A program made the position numbers and the translations under genes. A stretch of 64,000 bases of DNA from the NCBI GenBank assembly GCA_049280995.1, contig JBAPRH010000046.1, positions 24,426 through 88,425 of the forward strand, in the 5' to 3' direction. The DNA comes from Acidobacteriaceae bacterium (GTDB lineage Bacteria; Acidobacteriota; Terriglobia; Terriglobales; Acidobacteriaceae). Below the pieces are notes generated by a model. That model did not search any database, was not told the origin of the DNA, and worked only from the letters and a program-made list of their open reading frames with translations. Positions 1 through 9,533 of the stretch are shown in pieces; position 1 is the stretch's first letter, and the number at the start of each line of letters is the position of its first letter.

Positions 1-331
1 CCAAGGCAAAGATCGCACCGAGTGCGGCCAATATCTTCCCCGCAATCAACCAGTTGGGAACCAACGCGTGGGCCCCGGCCAGCAGCAGTACCCATGCCGG
101 CGAGGTGTCGCCGTTCACCAGCAGGCCATTAAATGAATATCCGTGGCCCGACGCTACATTACGCGCAAACTCCAGGTGAATATAGGCGTCGTCTTCCCAA
201 TAGTGCCTGGCGTGAATGAACCAGCAAATGCACCACAGTCCGGCCAGCAGGAGGATCCAACGGGCGAAAACGGCATCGGAGCCTTCCCGCCCCGTGCCCT
301 GTTGCGCAGGTGAGCGCACCTCTGTGGTCAT
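1..331 (-). CDS. Membrane glycosyltransferase (GT-C fold, AftB-like), N-terminal part; runs off the window
   Basis: Manual translation MTTEVRSP...HYWEDDAYIHLEFARNVASGHGYSFNGLLVNGDTSPAWVLLLA. The DDAYIH...ARN...G.TSP.W motif follows a TM helix; AGGAGG RBS at 335-340 (minus). Confidence 0.75.
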   Translation of the reverse strand, partial: MTTEVRSPAQQGTGREGSDAVFARWILLLAGLWCICWFIHARHYWEDDAYIHLEFARNVASGHGYSFNGLLVNGDTSPAWVLLLAGAHALVPNWLIAGKILAALGAIFAL

Positions 332-514
332 AGCCCTCCTTGGCGAACCGGAAAAGGCGCGGTCCTTCTATCGCAGATATCGAATCTGCGGTGCCATGTC
401 CTTGATCTTACTTTGGGGTGAAGGCTCTTATTACCACACTGCCCCCGGCCGGAGCCGGCAATCCCGAAATCTGAGAAATTTTTCATCTTTTTGTGGAAAA
501 CCGGGCAGCCAATT

Positions 515-539
515 GGAACCACCCCTGCATCTGAGTCAA
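515..539 (+). promoter_or_regulatory. Putative ECF sigma promoter (GGAAC-N16-TCAA)
   Basis: GGAAC at 515-519 and TCAA at 536-539, matching the sigmaE-type consensus spacing. Confidence 0.45.
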
Positions 540-546
540 CATTACT

Positions 547-698
547 AGAGGCAGCTTCAGGTGTAATCCCACCTTCGTACTGAATTCTCCCTGGTTGTAT
601 GCCCGCTTTTTCGCAGGCACTCTTCAAGAACGACTCTTTCAATCCCTTCCTTCCAATGCCTCTTGAGCGGGTCCGCTGGAAAGCGGACCCTTGTGCTC
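547..698 (+). ncRNA. Candidate structured small RNA with CU-rich loops
   Basis: AGAGGCA (547-553) pairs with TGCCTCT (657-663) and encloses internal hairpins. It is followed by the hairpin GGGTCCGC-TGGAAA-GCGGACCC and has an ECF-like promoter just upstream; no credible ORF. Confidence 0.4.
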
Positions 699-746
699 GA
701 TTCCCCCAAACACCCTGCGTCATCCACTAAAATAAAATGAACTGGA

Positions 747-1781
747 ATGCCCACTCCTCATGATCCCGCCACAGCGGAAATCGATCAGCTTCTCGCCACC
801 GTTGGCCTTTGCCACGGCCGTCGCAAGCTCATGACCACCGGCTTCGAGCGCCAGCCAAAGCATCCCCGCGGGCTTCCCGACCCACAGCGTCCGTCCGCCC
901 GTCCGGTCAAGAGCCGCATCGAAGTCCTCCGCTCCCCACTCCTCGCCGAAATCGACTGGCTCCTCAGCGGATTCAGCACCCGAACCGGCGGCGTCACCAC
1001 GATTTACAATCCCAGCCAGCGAGCCGGCGAGCTGAACCTGGGCTTCACACCCGCCGACTCTCGCGAAGCCGTCCTTGAAAACCGCCGCCGTTTCCTCGAC
1101 AAAGTCACCGGAAACCCCGCCTATCCCATTGTCACCCTGCGCCAGATTCACTCCTCGCTCATCCGCCGGGTAACCGTCGCCAGCGCCTCCCAGTTCGAGG
1201 CGCGCGCCAAGGGTGACGGCCTCATGACCTCCGAACCTGGCCTCCTGCTCGCCATCCAGACGGCCGACTGCATCCCCGTTCTCATCGCCGACCGCAAAAA
1301 TCGCACCGTCGCCGCCTTCCATGCTGGCTGGCGCGGAACTCTGAAGCGAATCGTTGAAAATGGAGTGGGTCGCATGAACCTGGAGTTCGGCAGCCGCCCC
1401 AAAGATCTGGTCGCCGCCATCGGCCCCGGCATCGGACAATGCTGCTACTCCGTCGGCGAAGAAGTGCGCAGCGAATTCATCTCGCAGTTCGCCTACGCCA
1501 ATGATTTGTTCTGCGATGTTTATGACTCGGACCCGGTCCGGGAAAAATACCCGCTGCTCTTCCTCACCGCCCGCGCGCCTGGCCACAGCAGCCTGGGCCC
1601 CAGCCTGCACCTCGACCTGGCCGAAGCCAACCGGCGTCAGTTGCTCGAAGCCGGTCTGCCCCCGAGCGCTATCACCGTGCTCGGAGACTGCACCAGTTGC
1701 CGCACCGACCGCTACTTTTCCCACCGCGCCGATCACGGCTTCACTGGACGCATGCTCTCGGTAATCGCCATCCGCTCGTAG
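747..1781 (+). CDS. pgeF: Peptidoglycan editing factor / purine nucleoside phosphorylase (YfiH/PgeF family)
   Basis: QIHS, DGL...TADCIP, HAGWRG, GPGIG.CCY, CTSC...FSHR motifs; start uncertain. Confidence 0.9.
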   Translation: MPTPHDPATAEIDQLLATVGLCHGRRKLMTTGFERQPKHPRGLPDPQRPSARPVKSRIEVLRSPLLAEIDWLLSGFSTRTGGVTTIYNPSQRAGELNLGFTPADSREAVLENRRRFLDKVTGNPAYPIVTLRQIHSSLIRRVTVASASQFEARAKGDGLMTSEPGLLLAIQTADCIPVLIADRKNRTVAAFHAGWRGTLKRIVENGVGRMNLEFGSRPKDLVAAIGPGIGQCCYSVGEEVRSEFISQFAYANDLFCDVYDSDPVREKYPLLFLTARAPGHSSLGPSLHLDLAEANRRQLLEAGLPPSAITVLGDCTSCRTDRYFSHRADHGFTGRMLSVIAIRS

Positions 1782-1813
1782 AAGAGAAGACCGCCAGGCC
1801 TAGCGAGCCAGAC

Positions 1814-2110
1814 TCATTCAGTACTCCCCTGTCCTGCCGGGTTCACCAGGTCCCGTAGCTCTTTGCTGGGCTTGAAGTAGGGAACGCGCTTCGCCGGAAC
1901 ATCCACCTTGGCGCCCGTCTTGGGGTTCCGCCCAATTCGCGGTTTGCGTTGCCGGATTCGGAAGCTCCCGAATCCCCGAATTTCGATCTTGTCGCCGGAC
2001 TTCAACGCACCAATTACAGCGTCAAAGATCGTATCGACGATCACCTCGCCGTCCCGCCGGGTAAGATCGCCAAGCTGGGTGACTTCCTCAACCAGTTCTG
2101 CTTTTGTCAT
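1814..2110 (-). CDS. ihfB: Integration host factor beta / HU-family DNA-binding protein
   Basis: MTKAEL...IEIRGFGSF...GRNPKTG...PYFKPSKELRDLVN. Confidence 0.85.
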   Translation of the reverse strand: MTKAELVEEVTQLGDLTRRDGEVIVDTIFDAVIGALKSGDKIEIRGFGSFRIRQRKPRIGRNPKTGAKVDVPAKRVPYFKPSKELRDLVNPAGQGSTE

Positions 2111-2288
2111 GTCAACGTGCTCCAGACCAGAGGCTCTTTCTAAGCTTAGGTTAACCTCTTTTTACGATAGTAGATGCGTGAATTTTTCTACGCGGCGTAG
2201 CGAAAGTCAAAATTTGCTCCGAGCCGCCCTTTTCCGCGCTCCACGATGCCTATATGATCGACTCAGGTTCCTACACAGGCCTGGGCTA

Positions 2289-3056
2289 ATGAACGCCGAA
2301 TATAGCATCGTAATCCCCGCTTACAACGAGCAGGCACGCATCGGCGCGACCCTCACCGAGGTTATCCACTCTATCGAAGTCCACTGCTGGAACGCCGAAG
2401 TCATCGTAGTCGATGACGGCTCAACCGACGCCACCGCGCAAATCGTAAAATCCATCGCCGGGCAGCATCCTTACGTCCACCTTCTGTCCAACGGAACCAA
2501 CCGCGGCAAGGGCTGCAGCGTCCGCAACGGCATATTGAACGCCTCCGGTGAAATCGTTCTCTTCACCGACGCCGATCTCTCTTCCCCAATCGAGGAAGCC
2601 ACCCGCCTCTTCAGCGCGATTCGTGAGGGCGCCGACGTGGCCATTGGCTCCCGCTGGCTTGCGCAGAGCCGCCAGACCATCCGCCAGCCGCTATATCGCA
2701 GATTCTTCGGGCGCTGTTTCAACCTTGTCACTCGCGCCATCATGCGACTCCCCTTCGCCGACACGCAATGCGGATTCAAAGCCTTCACTCACTCCGCCGC
2801 ACAGACCATCTTCCAGCTCCAGCGAATCGAGCGCTGGGGATTCGACCCCGAAATTCTCTTCATCGCTCTCAAGCGCGGATACACGGTTCGCGAGGTGCCC
2901 GTTAGCTGGGGCCACGACGAACGCACCCGCATCAGCTATCTCAAAGACGGCCTGCAAATGCTCGGAGAACTGCTCCTCGTTCGCTGGAATGCCCTGGTAG
3001 GGACCTACGGAAAAATTGTCGAGGAGTGCGTCCCCGGAATTCCTGTAGTCAAGTAG
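2289..3056 (+). CDS. GT2 polyprenyl-phosphate glycosyltransferase (dolichyl-phosphate beta-glucosyltransferase-like)
   Basis: SIVIPAYNE, VDDGSTD, NRGKG, FTDADLS, DTQCGFK, WGFDPE motifs; start moved to ATG 2289. Confidence 0.9.
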   Translation: MNAEYSIVIPAYNEQARIGATLTEVIHSIEVHCWNAEVIVVDDGSTDATAQIVKSIAGQHPYVHLLSNGTNRGKGCSVRNGILNASGEIVLFTDADLSSPIEEATRLFSAIREGADVAIGSRWLAQSRQTIRQPLYRRFFGRCFNLVTRAIMRLPFADTQCGFKAFTHSAAQTIFQLQRIERWGFDPEILFIALKRGYTVREVPVSWGHDERTRISYLKDGLQMLGELLLVRWNALVGTYGKIVEECVPGIPVVK

Positions 3057-3065
3057 TTACAACAT

Positions 3066-3093
3066 AAAAAGAGCGCCCGAATCGAGCGCTCTT
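3066..3093 (-). terminator. Intrinsic terminator
   Basis: On minus, AAGAGCGCTCGA/TCGGGCGCTC stem followed by TTTTT, downstream of the 3116-3367 gene. Confidence 0.7.
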
Positions 3094-3115
3094 GTCTCGA
3101 ATCATAAGATAGTCG

Positions 3116-3367
3116 TCAGGAAGCAATCGGCTGGCGCATCTCCTGCATCGTCTCCCGCATACTCAGTCCACGCTTTAACACGATTCGCACGCCCTGCGAG
3201 GTCTTCTCAAGACGCATTGTTTGCGAGCAGACGCCGCACAGCCAGAAGTGCTCCATGCGGTGAACGGGCGCGTCGCTATCACTCTCAGCGTCGAAGACAA
3301 AGATTCTGCCCTCCCGCAGGTAGTGGAGCGGTTTCGCGCATTTGGGGTTTGCGCAGTTGTTAACCAT
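3116..3367 (-). CDS. Small Cys-rich putative zinc-binding protein (83 aa)
   Basis: MVNNCANPKC...EHFWLCGVC; GGAGA RBS upstream; own terminator. Confidence 0.75.
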   Translation of the reverse strand: MVNNCANPKCAKPLHYLREGRIFVFDAESDSDAPVHRMEHFWLCGVCSQTMRLEKTSQGVRIVLKRGLSMRETMQEMRQPIAS

Positions 3368-3605
3368 CGTGTTTCTCCAGACAAGGCCCACCGTGCGTCC
3401 TATTGAAATCATCCCTTAATTCCGGCGATCTATCGCTTCCGATCCGCTGAATACAACTCTTGTCATGCAATTTGCTTTATAAGCTTATGATGCTTCGCCG
3501 AGCTGGAGAAGTTTCCTTTTTCCACCGCTTTTTTCCGGCCGCCCCAAACCCGGTGCAACTTGTGCGAAAATGTCCAGTTCCGCCGAAACAATCTCCAAGG
3601 TATCG

Positions 3606-4532
3606 ATGCCCATACTCCGCTCCGCCTTCATCGCCCTCTCTCGCAACAAGCCATTGCGCCATTTCTCCGAACGCTCCGCTCTGGGCCGCCGCATGTCTTC
3701 CCGCTTCGTCGCTGGAATGGACATCGAGGACGTTCTCCATGCCGCCCAGTCTCTCCAGAACCAGGGCATCGCCTCCACTCTCGACAGCCTCGGCGAAAAC
3801 GTCACCACGCCCGACCAGGCGCGGCACTCCGCCGACATCTACCACCGACTGCTCGACGCAATCGCCGCCCGCGAGCTCAACTCCAACGTAAGCCTCAAGT
3901 TAACCCAGATGGGCATGGATCAGGACCCGGCACTCGCCGCCGAAATCGTCTCCGGCCTCGTCGATCACGCCGTCGCCGTCAACAACTTCGTCCGCATCGA
4001 CATGGAGGGCACCCAATACACCCAGGCCACGCTCGACCTCACCCGCGCGCTCCACGGCAAGCCCGTCAACCACGGACACGTTGGCATCGTCATTCAAGCC
4101 TATCTCTATCGCAGCGTGGACGATATAGCAGCGCTCACCACCGAAGGCATCCGCGTCCGCCTCTGCAAGGGAGCCTACAAGGAGCCGCCCGCCGTAGCCT
4201 TCCCCAAAAAATCCGAGGTCGACGCAAACTACGTCCGGCTCACCCGGATGCTCCTCGGGAGCCGGATCTACCACGGCATCGCCACCCACGACCCCGCCAT
4301 GATCGCCGCCGCCAAATGCTATGTCGAGGAAAAATCCATCTCTAAAAACAGTTTCGAGTTCCAAATGCTCTACGGAATCCGCCGCGACCTACAACGCGCG
4401 CTCGTAGCCGAAGGCTACAATCTGCGCGTTTATACCCCTTTCGGCTCCGAATGGTATCCCTACTTCATGCGCCGCTTGGCCGAACGCCCCGCCAACGTCC
4501 TCTTCCTCGCGAAAAATATGCTGAAGCGGTAG
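3606..4532 (+). CDS. Monofunctional proline dehydrogenase
   Basis: RFVAG, LGENV, SLKLTQMG, RIDME, VRLCKGAY, ATHD, FQMLYGIR, YFMRRLAERPAN; alternative start 3570. Confidence 0.92.
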   Translation: MPILRSAFIALSRNKPLRHFSERSALGRRMSSRFVAGMDIEDVLHAAQSLQNQGIASTLDSLGENVTTPDQARHSADIYHRLLDAIAARELNSNVSLKLTQMGMDQDPALAAEIVSGLVDHAVAVNNFVRIDMEGTQYTQATLDLTRALHGKPVNHGHVGIVIQAYLYRSVDDIAALTTEGIRVRLCKGAYKEPPAVAFPKKSEVDANYVRLTRMLLGSRIYHGIATHDPAMIAAAKCYVEEKSISKNSFEFQMLYGIRRDLQRALVAEGYNLRVYTPFGSEWYPYFMRRLAERPANVLFLAKNMLKR

Positions 4533-4548
4533 CAACACCCGCTATTGA

Positions 4549-5355
4549 CTATCCAACCACGGAATCAAAAAACCGTCGAAGCAGCCGCCCCACCATCTGC
4601 GGCTGCTCCCACGGAGCGAAGTGTCCTGCGTCCCGCAGTTCCGTATACTCGGCCCCGTAGCCGCCGTTACGGATCGTCTCCGCCAGCAGCTTCATGTCCG
4701 CTGGAGTCGAAGCTGGGTCCTCACCCCCCGCCAGCACAAACGTCGGCACGCGAATTCCCCGCGCCGTCTCAACCGAGTCGGGGCGAGCCGCCAAGCCTTG
4801 CTGCACCGCAATCAGCGCCGCTGGCGTCACAGCCTCCATCATCTCCCTCGCCTCGACCACGCGCTCCGGATGCCGCTGCCGCGCTGTCGGCCCAATCAGC
4901 TTTCCGAGCTGCGCCTCAATAAACTCGGCCGATCCGCGCTGGCGAATCTTCGCAATTGACTCCTCGCGCTGCAATCGTCCCGCTTCGGTGTCGGCCTGCG
5001 GCTTCGCGCAGCAAAACGCCAAAGCCAGCGCTCGCGCCGGTGCCTTCCGCCAAATCTCATACAGCGTATAGCCGCCAATCGAGCAGCCCACAAACAGCGC
5101 CCGCTGGATCTTCAACTCATCCAGCAGCCGGATCACGTCCGCGCCAAGCTGCTCCACCGTGATCGGGCCTTCGCCCGCCTCCGACTGCCCATGCCCACGG
5201 AAATCCGGCAGAATCACCCGGTACTTCCCCGCCAGAGCCTCCGCCGCTCCCAGCCAGAACCGATGATCGCAAGGCGTGGGATGCAGCAGAACCACCGCTG
5301 GTCCTTCTCCCATCACCGAATAAAAAAGACGAACGCCGCTCGAAATATATTCCAC
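4549..5355 (-). CDS. Alpha/beta hydrolase (enol-lactonase-like)
   Basis: DFRGHGQS, GCSIGG nucleophile elbow, GEDP, AGHF. Confidence 0.88.
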   Translation of the reverse strand: MEYISSGVRLFYSVMGEGPAVVLLHPTPCDHRFWLGAAEALAGKYRVILPDFRGHGQSEAGEGPITVEQLGADVIRLLDELKIQRALFVGCSIGGYTLYEIWRKAPARALALAFCCAKPQADTEAGRLQREESIAKIRQRGSAEFIEAQLGKLIGPTARQRHPERVVEAREMMEAVTPAALIAVQQGLAARPDSVETARGIRVPTFVLAGGEDPASTPADMKLLAETIRNGGYGAEYTELRDAGHFAPWEQPQMVGRLLRRFFDSVVG

Positions 5356-5402
5356 AAGTCGAGTGTAAAAGATTCAATGAACGGTGATTGACTGCTGGCA
5401 GT

Positions 5403-5436
5403 AAAACAAAACGGAAGAGCCCTCAGGCTCTCCCGT
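5403..5436 (-). terminator. Intrinsic terminator of the cold-shock gene
   Basis: On minus, ACGGGAGAGCC-TGAG-GGCTCTTCCGT followed by TTTGTTTT. Confidence 0.75.
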
Positions 5437-5455
5437 CTCAACGAACTGCAAAGAC

Positions 5456-5659
5456 TTACGCGGGCTGAACGTTCTCAGCCTGGAGACCCTTGGGTCCCTT
5501 CACAACTTCAAACTGCACGCGCTGCGCCTCTTGAAGACTGCGGAAGCCGTTGGCGTTGATCGCCGAGAAATGGACGAAAATGTCCTCGTTGTTGGCATCG
5601 CGGGTAATGAACCCGAAGCCCTTTGCATCGTTGAACCACTTAACAGTGCCCTGTTCCAT
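5456..5659 (-). CDS. Cold-shock protein (CspA family)
   Basis: [15 protein letters not shown]...DIFVHFSAI (RNP1/RNP2 motifs). Confidence 0.97.
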   Translation of the reverse strand: MEQGTVKWFNDAKGFGFITRDANNEDIFVHFSAINANGFRSLQEAQRVQFEVVKGPKGLQAENVQPA

Positions 5660-5787
5660 ATTGGAGTATTTCCTTTGGTAATTGATATCGCTTGAAAATT
5701 TCGAGGAAGGTGTAGCGGCAGGCAGTGCTAAGGAGCATTACGTGCGGTGATAGACCCACTCGTGTACGAGCGTACCCCTAGTATACC

Positions 5788-7038
5788 TTAGTTGCCTCCC
5801 CGAAAAGCCCCCACCATCCAGACCACCGACAGTATGCTCACCAAAATTGCCGTCACCCATGCTATCCCGTTGAACCAGCGCGAGTTCGTGTGCTTTCCCA
5901 TCAGGTCCTCGCGATTCACCAGCAGCAGCATCAGGACAATGACAATCGGCAGCAGAACCCCATTCAACGCCTGCGACTCAATCGCCCATCGAATCAGCGG
6001 AAAATGTGGAACCAGCACCACCGCCGCGCCGCCTGCAATCAGCGCCGTGTAGAACCAGTAAAAGAATGGAGCCTCGCGGAATTTCTTATCCACGCCGGAC
6101 TCCAGCCCAAGTCCCTCGCACACCACATAGGCCGTCGAAAGCGGCAGCACCGACGCCGCGAAGAATGAAGCATTGAACAGCCCGAATGCGAACAACAGAA
6201 AAGCGTACTCACCCGCCAGCGGCTTCATTGCGGCAGCCGCGTCGGATGCGTCGTGAATCGCGCCCAGCCCATGCACATAAAGCGTGGCCGCGCACGCCAC
6301 AATGATGAACCACCCCACCACATCGGTAAAAATCGACCCCACAATGACGTCTATCCGCGACGCCGCATAGTCCTTCACTCGCACGCCTTTCTCTACGATC
6401 GACGACTGAAGATAAAACTGCATCCACGGTGAAATCGTCGTGCCGATCACGCTGATCACCAGAAACAGATAGCCGCTTTCCTTCCACACCGAACGCGAAG
6501 GCAGCTTCACCGTGTTCACCAGCGCCAGGTGCCAGCTCGGCTGCGACAACACCCCGGCAACAATGTAGGCAATATAAAAAACCGACCCGGCCAGGAAAAT
6601 CTTTTCGACCTTCTGGTAGTCGCCACGCACCGCCAGCAGCCACACCAGCACCGCGACGATTGGCACTGAGATGTATTTACTTAAATGGAAAAGCTGCAAG
6701 CTGGTCGCCGCGCCGGCAAACTCACCAACTATATTGCCAAAGTTCACCACCAGCAGCAGAAACATCACAACCACGGTGACGCGCAGCCCAAACTCTTCCC
6801 GGATCAGGTCGCTCAGGCCCTTGCCCGTGACCACCCCCATCCGCGCGCACATCTCCTGCACCACAATCAGCGCAATCGTGATTGGAATAATCGTCCACAG
6901 AAGCGCATACCCGAACTGCGCCCCGGCCTGCGAGTAGGTAAAGATCCCGTTAGGATCGTTATCCACATTGGCCGTAATAAACCCAGGCCCCAGCACCGCC
7001 AGGAACAGAAATATCCGGATTCTCCAGCGCTTCAGCAT
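5788..7038 (-). CDS. NRAMP-family divalent metal transporter (NRAMP-related Mg2+ transporter type)
   Basis: GPGFITANVDND, QEMCARMGVVTGKGL, GTTISPWMQF; multiple TM helices. Confidence 0.9.
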   Translation of the reverse strand: MLKRWRIRIFLFLAVLGPGFITANVDNDPNGIFTYSQAGAQFGYALLWTIIPITIALIVVQEMCARMGVVTGKGLSDLIREEFGLRVTVVVMFLLLVVNFGNIVGEFAGAATSLQLFHLSKYISVPIVAVLVWLLAVRGDYQKVEKIFLAGSVFYIAYIVAGVLSQPSWHLALVNTVKLPSRSVWKESGYLFLVISVIGTTISPWMQFYLQSSIVEKGVRVKDYAASRIDVIVGSIFTDVVGWFIIVACAATLYVHGLGAIHDASDAAAAMKPLAGEYAFLLFAFGLFNASFFAASVLPLSTAYVVCEGLGLESGVDKKFREAPFFYWFYTALIAGGAAVVLVPHFPLIRWAIESQALNGVLLPIVIVLMLLLVNREDLMGKHTNSRWFNGIAWVTAILVSILSVVWMVGAFRGGN

Positions 7039-7051
7039 AGGCAGGGACAGG

Positions 7052-8308
7052 CTATCTCCCCTGCCGTAAGAACGCGATCACATGATCGGCTTCAACTACG
7101 CCCACCAGACGGCCTTCCCCATCCACCACTGGCAGTGCCCGCAGATTATACTTGTCAAACAACTCCGCCACATGCTGTTCCCGCGCCTCCGCGGGGCACG
7201 AAATAAACCGGGCTTCCGCCAGCGAATCCAGCCGCGCGTCCGCCTCCGAGAGTACCAGCCGCGCCAGCGGAACCACCCCTTCCAGCACGTCCTGCTCATC
7301 AATCAGATAAATTTCTGTGATCGTCTCAATGTCCCCGTCAAACTCCCGCAGCGCCCGAACCGCATCTGCCACCAGCACCGCCTTCGACACCGCAACATAC
7401 TCGGTCGTCATTCGCCCGGCGGCCGTGTCTTCGCGGAACTCCAGCAGCTCTTCGACATCCTTCCGCTCTTCCGGATCCATCTCCTCCAGAATCGCTTCCG
7501 ATCGCGACTCCGGAAGCTCGGCCAGTAAGTCCGCCGCCGCCGACGGGTCCATCTCATCCATAATGCCGGCCGCCACCTCCGAGTCCAGCGACTCCATCAA
7601 CGATTTCTGCAGCTTCGGCTCCACTTCCTCCAGCGCATCGGCTGCGATCTCCTCCGTCAGCGTCGTCAGCACCGATTCCCGTTCTGCCGGAGCCAGGTCT
7701 TCCAATATGTCGGCGATGTCTGAGGGATGCAGTTGCGCCAGCCGCTCGTGCCCAATCTTCAGCTTCACCCGCCGCGCCGGGTCCACCTCAATCAGATCCA
7801 CAAAATCCCACGGGATCACCCGCGCCGGAAACCGCATCGCCACCGCGTTCAGCGCACCCACCGGAAGCGTCCCTTGCAGCAGCCGGCGCACCGCTCCCCG
7901 CAGCCCCACCGCCACTTCCCTCACCCGCAGGTCTTCCACGCCGTCCTGCGCAAACCACTGCAGGTCCACATCGTTTACGCGCACCACCTTGCGCCCGTGA
8001 ACGTCGATAATCTGACGGTCCAGCAAATCCTGCCTCAAAAAGATCCAGTCTTCCCCGCCCTTCAGCGGCTCCAGTTCGGCCCCCTCCCGCAGTTCCAGGG
8101 CACCGCTGGCCGTCGGACGAACGCCCGTCGCCGCCACCATCTTTGCGCCTCCGCGGGTCTTCAGCACCAGGCCGGTGATCCGCCCCGCATCGGCTCCCGT
8201 GCCCACCGCCAGGTCCTTCACGCGCCCGCACAGGCGCCCGCCGGCATCGGCTACTGGAGTCCCCAGCATCGTCGCCAGCGTAGGCGGTATGGCCTTTCGA
8301 TCGCTCAT
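7052..8308 (-). CDS. Soluble MgtE-like protein (PRC-barrel-like N-terminus + MgtE_N + 2 CBS, no membrane domain)
   Basis: LHPSDIADILEDL, DTAAGRMTTEY, LFDKYNLRALPVVD; ends right after the CBS pair. Confidence 0.85.
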   Translation of the reverse strand: MSDRKAIPPTLATMLGTPVADAGGRLCGRVKDLAVGTGADAGRITGLVLKTRGGAKMVAATGVRPTASGALELREGAELEPLKGGEDWIFLRQDLLDRQIIDVHGRKVVRVNDVDLQWFAQDGVEDLRVREVAVGLRGAVRRLLQGTLPVGALNAVAMRFPARVIPWDFVDLIEVDPARRVKLKIGHERLAQLHPSDIADILEDLAPAERESVLTTLTEEIAADALEEVEPKLQKSLMESLDSEVAAGIMDEMDPSAAADLLAELPESRSEAILEEMDPEERKDVEELLEFREDTAAGRMTTEYVAVSKAVLVADAVRALREFDGDIETITEIYLIDEQDVLEGVVPLARLVLSEADARLDSLAEARFISCPAEAREQHVAELFDKYNLRALPVVDGEGRLVGVVEADHVIAFLRQGR

Positions 8309-8512
8309 TTCCTCCTCGTTCCCCGCTGAAGTCTACTCCAAAAATCACGCCAGAGGGCCGCCTTCCCCGATTGCCGAGAGCCGAACGCTTACCCGCATCC
8401 CAAATGGGAGAGCGCTTGACTGTAAGCTTGCACGCGGTTAATAGTACGGGGGTTCATTCCATCAGCCCCCGCCGTGTCATAGACAACCGTAGATTTCCAC
8501 GGAGGAGAAAAA

Positions 8513-9376
8513 ATGGCAATCACCGTCGTCACTGGATCGAGCACGGGCATCGGCCAGGCCACTGCCGTAACCCTGGCCCGCGCGGGCCATACCGTCTATG
8601 CAACAATGCGTAATCCGAAAACCGGCGGAGAAGAGCTCCGAGCCATCGCCGCGCGCGAGAAGCTTGCAGTCCGTTTGGCAGTGCTCGATGTCGATTCCGA
8701 CGAGTCGGTTCACGACGCGTTTGCCAACATCCTCTCCGAAGCAGGCCGCATTGACGTGCTGGTCAATAACGCCGGCATTGGCCGGGGTGGCGCCATAGAG
8801 GAACTTCCGCTTGCCGCCTTCCGCGACTCCATGGAAACCAACTTCTTTGGCGCATTGCGCTGTATTCAAGCTGTCGTACCCGGCATGCGAGAAAGGCGCT
8901 CCGGCTGTATCGTCAGCATTACGTCGGTGGCGGGCCGAGTTTCCCAAGCCCCCCAGGCAGACTACGCGGCTTCAAAGTTCGCGCTGGAAGCGCTGAGCGA
9001 GTGCCTGGCTCAGGAGATGAAGGCCTTTGGGGTCCACGTCGCCATTGTCGAGCCGGGCGTCATTGCGACTTCGATCTTCGGCAAAATACAGCCGCCGCCA
9101 CCCGATACCAAATATCCGCACGGCCGGCGGATCACCGAGCTCTTCCGGGCTTCGCTCGAAAACCCTGTTTCCCCCTACGTCGTCGGCGAAAAAATTCGTG
9201 AGATCGTTGACAGCGGTACCTGGCAGTTGCGCCATCCTGTCGGGCCGGATGCAGAACGATTCCTGGGCTGGCGCACGTCCATGAGCGATGAACAATGGGT
9301 GGAATGGGGTGCGATGACCGATGACCAATGGGTCGCCTACATACGCCAGAACTTCCACTTGAATGTCAGCCTCTGA
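8513..9376 (+). CDS. SDR family oxidoreductase
   Basis: TGSSTGIG, NNAGIG, YAASK; GGAGG RBS. Confidence 0.93.
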   Translation: MAITVVTGSSTGIGQATAVTLARAGHTVYATMRNPKTGGEELRAIAAREKLAVRLAVLDVDSDESVHDAFANILSEAGRIDVLVNNAGIGRGGAIEELPLAAFRDSMETNFFGALRCIQAVVPGMRERRSGCIVSITSVAGRVSQAPQADYAASKFALEALSECLAQEMKAFGVHVAIVEPGVIATSIFGKIQPPPPDTKYPHGRRITELFRASLENPVSPYVVGEKIREIVDSGTWQLRHPVGPDAERFLGWRTSMSDEQWVEWGAMTDDQWVAYIRQNFHLNVSL

Positions 9377-9533
9377 ACCCCCGATGTACAGGGACCGTAC
9401 GTTCACAATTGAGGCGGATCTGTATTCCGGACTTGACATTGGCTCCCGCCAGCAAGCAAACTGCGTCACGGGTTGTAATATCGTTTTTTACGCCAGTTCT
9501 AAGGATGTCATGCCCCGTCGCGAGGAAGAGCAA

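Noticed and set aside
581..591. 11-mer TGAATTCTCCC shared with the leader of the omega-like gene (39827-39837, minus)
   Set aside because: 11-mer matches are expected by chance in 64 kb
328..754. ORFs 328..723 and 557..754 (minus)
   Set aside because: No motifs; they overlap a promoter-like and structured intergenic region
1908..2288. N-terminal extension of the GT2 ORF (likewise the extensions from 12884, 51222, 59498, 25520 and 19052)
   Set aside because: They overlap neighbouring genes, and family similarity starts at downstream start codons
8309..8512. Possible M-box (Mg2+) riboswitch upstream of the MgtE-like gene
   Set aside because: No recognisable consensus; a TAGACT -10 lies close to the start, leaving only a short leader
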